Shown: in pieces, positions 60,294 through 64,000 of the stretch
Layout: each line of letters opens with the position of its first letter
Position numbering within the stretch: position 1 is the stretch's first letter
NCBI RefSeq assembly: GCF_038025025.1
Contig: NW_027117341.1
Span: 2,418,001-2,482,000 of the forward strand
Source: Phyllosticta citribraziliensis
Taxonomy: Eukaryota
Direction: 5' to 3'
DNA length: 64,000 bases
Notes under the pieces: model-generated
Databases searched by the model: none
Seen by the model: only the letters and a program-made list of their open reading frames with translations
What the model was told of the DNA's origin: nothing
Translations under genes and position numbers: made by a program

Positions 60294-61825
60294 TCAATGT
60301 GACGGCCCTGCCGAGTCCCGTCCTGATCCCCCGACCCTCATAAAGACTGTTGGTTTCCCTATACCGTGAGCGTGAATTTGGCGCCAGTCGTCGACGCGGC
60401 CGTCAAACTCGTCTGCTGCTTCGATGACCTCTCGCTTCAGCCTTTCCACCACGGCAGCGTCGACCGCAGGAGTCTTGTCTTTCTTCATTGCCTCCGTGCC
60501 GTTGGCGGTGTCGCACGACATGCTCTGCAGGATGCTCGTCGCGAGACTGTCAATCTCTGCCTGCACGCCGTCCCACTCCTCCTCAAGTCACCAAGGCACT
60601 TCTTCCCGGGGGCGGGGCTGTGCTCTGGTTCAACTTTGTAGAATACTACTTCATTGGCAAGCGGGACTTTGAGATTGACGACTTTGAGGTTGTGAGTGTA
60701 GCAGAGCTCTGCGAGGGTGGGTATGTGGTCTTCTTTGTCGTTGCCATCATCAGCCTCGTCGGCCTCGTCGGCCTCGTCCTCGTCCTCGTCCTCGTGACTT
60801 TGAGATTGATGACTTTGAGGTTGTGAGTGTAGCAGAGCTCTGCAAGGGTGGGTACGTGGTCCCCTTGTCGTTGCCGTCGTCGGCCTCGTCGTCCTCGTCC
60901 TCGTTGGATGCAGGGCTTGCAGCGAGGAAGGGCCTTGGAGCTGTGTGAGGATTGTTACTGCGCTTGACGGGCGTGCTGGGCGCCCTTGGGCTGTTATTGG
61001 TTTCATTGAGGCGTGCGTCGTCGTCGTCGTCCTTATCCTCATTGGATGCAGGGCTTGCAGCGAGGAAGGGCCTTGGAGCTGTGTGAGGATTGTTGCTGCG
61101 CTTGACGGGCGTGCTGGGCGCCCTTGGGCCGTCGTTGGTTTCGTCGAGGCGTGCGTCGTCGTCGTCGTCCTCGTCCTCATTGGATGCAGGGCTTGCAGCG
61201 AGGAAGGGCCTTGGAGCTGTGCGAGGATTGTTGCTGCGCTTGACGGGCGTGCTGGGCGCCCTTGGGCCGTCATTGGTTTCGTCGAGGCGTGCGTCGTCAT
61301 CATAGTCATCCTCATCCTTGTTGGATGCAGGGCTTGCAGCAAAGAAGGGCCTTAGAGCTGTGCGAGGATTGTTGCTGCGCTTGACGGGCATGCTAGGCGC
61401 CCTTGGGCCGTCATTGGTTTCGTCGAGGCGTGCATCGTCGTCGTCCTCATTAGATGCAGGGCTCGCAGCGAGGAAGGGCCTTGGAGCTCTGTGTGAGGAT
61501 TGTTGCTGCACTTGACGGGCGTGCTGGGCGCCCTTGGGCCGTCGTTGATTTCGTCGAGGCGTGCGTCGTCCCTTGGAGCTGTGGGAAGATTATTACTGGG
61601 CTTGACGGGCGTGCTGGGCGCCCTTAGGCCGTCGTTGATTTCGTCGAGGCGCGCGTCATCCCTTGGAGCTGTGTGAAGATTGTTGCTGCGCTCGACGGGC
61701 GTGCTGGGCGCCCTTAGGCCGTCGTTGGTTTCGTCGAGGCGTGCGTCGTCGTCCTCGTTGGATGCAGGGCTTGCAGCGCTCCTGAGCCATCTCGCAGAAA
61801 GCCGGACGGGATCCGCCGCACCCAC
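60294..61825 (-). pseudogene. Frameshifted gene with 46-aa tandem repeats and unique helical C-terminus
   Basis: ORFs 61352-61825, 60750-61511, 60485-60800 and 60294-60566 link through small indels. The repeat region is followed by HIPTLAELCYTHNLKVVNLKV.. and QAEIDSLATSILQ..VERLKREVIEAADEFDGRVDDW. Confidence 0.55.
60890..61780. repeat. 138-bp coding minisatellite (7 copies; two shortened to 90 bp)
   Basis: Anchor ct(t/c)gacgggc at ~60963, 61101, 61239, 61380, 61511, 61601 and 61691. A solitary partial copy lies at ~59800-59893, and a separate 131-bp duplication at 60665/60796. Confidence 0.95.
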
Positions 61826-61944
61826 AGCTCGACCACCGCCTCAAAATTTCCACGCCTCTCCACGACGCCGCCCCCTGCCGCGCCTGCATCGGCAGCCCGT
61901 GTCCTGACCTCCTGACCGTCGGCGAGAAGTTGAACGGGAAGCCG

Positions 61945-61970
61945 AGAGACAAGGACAGAAGTGAAGAGGT

Positions 61971-62007
<37 letters not shown>

Positions 62008-62130
62008 TTCGCAGCTTGACGTACCTGACCTTCAACATAAAGTCAAGAGACAAGGACAGGAGTGAAGAGGCAAGTAGCAGTAGCAGCAGCAGCAGATTCG
62101 CAGCTTGACGTGTCCGACCTTCAACGTGTA
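61945..62130. repeat. ~100-bp direct duplication containing a (CAG)n microsatellite
   Basis: gagacaaggacag..gtgaagagg..(cag)n..attcgcagcttgacgt..gaccttcaac occurs twice, with (CAG)~11 at 61974-62006. Confidence 0.9.
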
Positions 62131-64000
62131 TGTGAGATGAAAGGTGCTGGCGAAATAGGCGCGAATGTAAGGGAACGGGGAAGCGGCTGCGGTGCGCGAC
62201 TCAACCCTAGATTCTCGAGGGGCAATGGGGGACGCCGGCACTCCACACTAGATGACTTGCCCCAAGCAGTAAAGTATTTGACAAAGTGGCAAGCAGAGTC
62301 GAAACACCTCACCAGAAGCCGTACTGCTCCAGCAGGCCCGCCCGCTGTCTGATAGCCAGACGCCTCGCTCTTTGTGTCGTCCATCTTGTCCGGCGCAGCG
62401 CGCCCGCGGCAATGGCGTGAGCAGGAACTCGAGTGCCGCACATGTAGCTGATAAGGAGCATGACGCAGAAGACTGGGTTGACTGTGTTGAGCGTTGGGAT
62501 GATGTCGCGCGACGACCGGTTGTCAGGCGAGATGGTCCGAGGTTGTGAGGACATCACACACAGCAGCCGTGTTGTGATCAACTCCGGCAGCGGTCTCATT
62601 TCCAAAATCCAGCCCCTCAGCACCACCGGCCTCGCCCCCCGTCCAGCCCGCCGACGTCCCTATCTACAGGCGCCCGGATGGCGCAGCGATGTGGAGTATG
62701 ACAGCGAAGATGAGGACAGACAGCCATGAGCAAGGGATTGAGGTAGACGGCGAGTTTGGATGGAAATAGCGGGCCAGCTGAGCTTGTCAATGGCGCGCCG
62801 TGTACCAAAGTCGGCGGCCTCGAGGGCGCAAAAGCGCAATTTGTTGGCACCGAGACGGCGGCTTCGAGGGCTCACATCTTTGCCGCACTGGCGGTTGCAA
62901 TGAGCAATGGCGCCGTTGTGAGACAACATGCTCCATGCTTGCCAGGTGTAAATTGTTCTGTTCTTGCGGGGTTGGCGTGACATCATAGCAAGGCTCTTGG
63001 GAGGACTGCGCGGTTGAAGACACTTTTCGACAGATGAAGGATTGAGATGAGCGAGGATGCATAGATGGAGAGAAGAAGATGGAAAAACTGTGACTGCATG
63101 GATGGCGTTGGCGATTATCCGAATTCCATGGCCATTACGATGTATCCGAGTAACTGAGACGAGGGATGAGAGGATACCTAGACGGGACGCAGCGAGGTGG
63201 AACAGGGACAGACTGCAGGCTGATTGTGAGCGGAGACGAGAGAAAACGTACATTGCAATTGGAGATGATGGATTGCGAGTGGACGTGGTTCAAGCCAAGC
63301 CAAGCCGCCCTTCCCTTCGCTCCAGCACTTGGCCGCGACTACAAACGGCGCCGCCGCCAGCCACCCTTTTCGACCTTGGGAACCAACTCTACGCACTTTG
63401 TCTCCCGCGTGTGATACAACGCGACTCTCGCCTCGCAGATTTTCCAAGGCAAAGGAGAAGAAGTCGATGAAGGCCTCGTACGCTTCCGCTGCAGAATACT
63501 CGGCCGCGATGGCTTGTGTCTGGTCGTTGATGCTGACAGAGGTTGTGGTGACGATGGTGGCTGCCAACCGGCGACGAAGGGTGTGGACCACAAGGCCGAG
63601 GTAGACAAGGAAGTGTATGCCATGGGAAAATCTTTTGCAGACGGAAGAGGCTTTTTGACTGGGGAGGTTGCGGACGCTGTCACGGCGAGGATGTAAGCGC
63701 CGCCGTGGTGCGAACAGATTGTAGCGTTGTCGAGGCGAAGATTGACATAGAATCTGTGACAGTGAGAGCGCATCTCAAGTCATGAACAAGCCAGCTAAAC
63801 AGCACTCACGAAGATGACGGTCCAAAAAGTCGTAAATCGTGTCATAATTCTTGAGCATTTCCTTTCCTAGAGTCGTAAGTCACGGCGCTGAGCCGCGACA
63901 CCACCATGAAGCGGCAAGCCACTCACATTATCCGAATAGATATGCCGCATCGGCTTGCGCTCTTGTTACGCTCTTTTCAATGCCAGCCGCCAGCCCCTGC

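Overview
Eukaryotic DNA from a RIP-competent filamentous ascomycete (Pezizomycotina, probably Sordariomycetes). This is inferred from short GT-AG introns with CTAAC/CTGAC-type branch points and a sharply bounded, TpA-saturated AT-rich block. I recognise no housekeeping gene, tRNA or rRNA in the 64 kb, so it looks like an accessory or lineage-specific region. There are three parts. (1) 1-42.4 kb is GC-rich and packed with orphan genes and pseudogenes. Four small gene families recur here in shuffled order: two Ulp1/C48-type (SUMO-protease-like) peptidases sharing an unnamed N-terminal domain; two intron-containing tandem-chromodomain genes plus a fragment; two CCCH-finger + 'IIxQLExM' genes that appear only after splicing and RIP repair; and two disordered 'RRKRTLSDLD/RRLW' genes with a conserved upstream block. 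Single-pass membrane orphans and minisatellites also occur. (2) 42.4-59.05 kb is a heavily RIP-mutated block: a ~10 kb unclassified element (long dead ORF, 156-bp and 76-bp arrays, micro-exon gene) followed by a Tad1-like LINE with RNase H. (3) 59.05-64 kb is GC-rich again, with a frameshifted gene carrying a 46-aa repeat with CDK-consensus TPVK sites. The best candidate for an undescribed system is the recurrent chromodomain + Ulp1 + zinc finger + cell-cycle-motif gene set. All homology calls were made by eye, without database searches.
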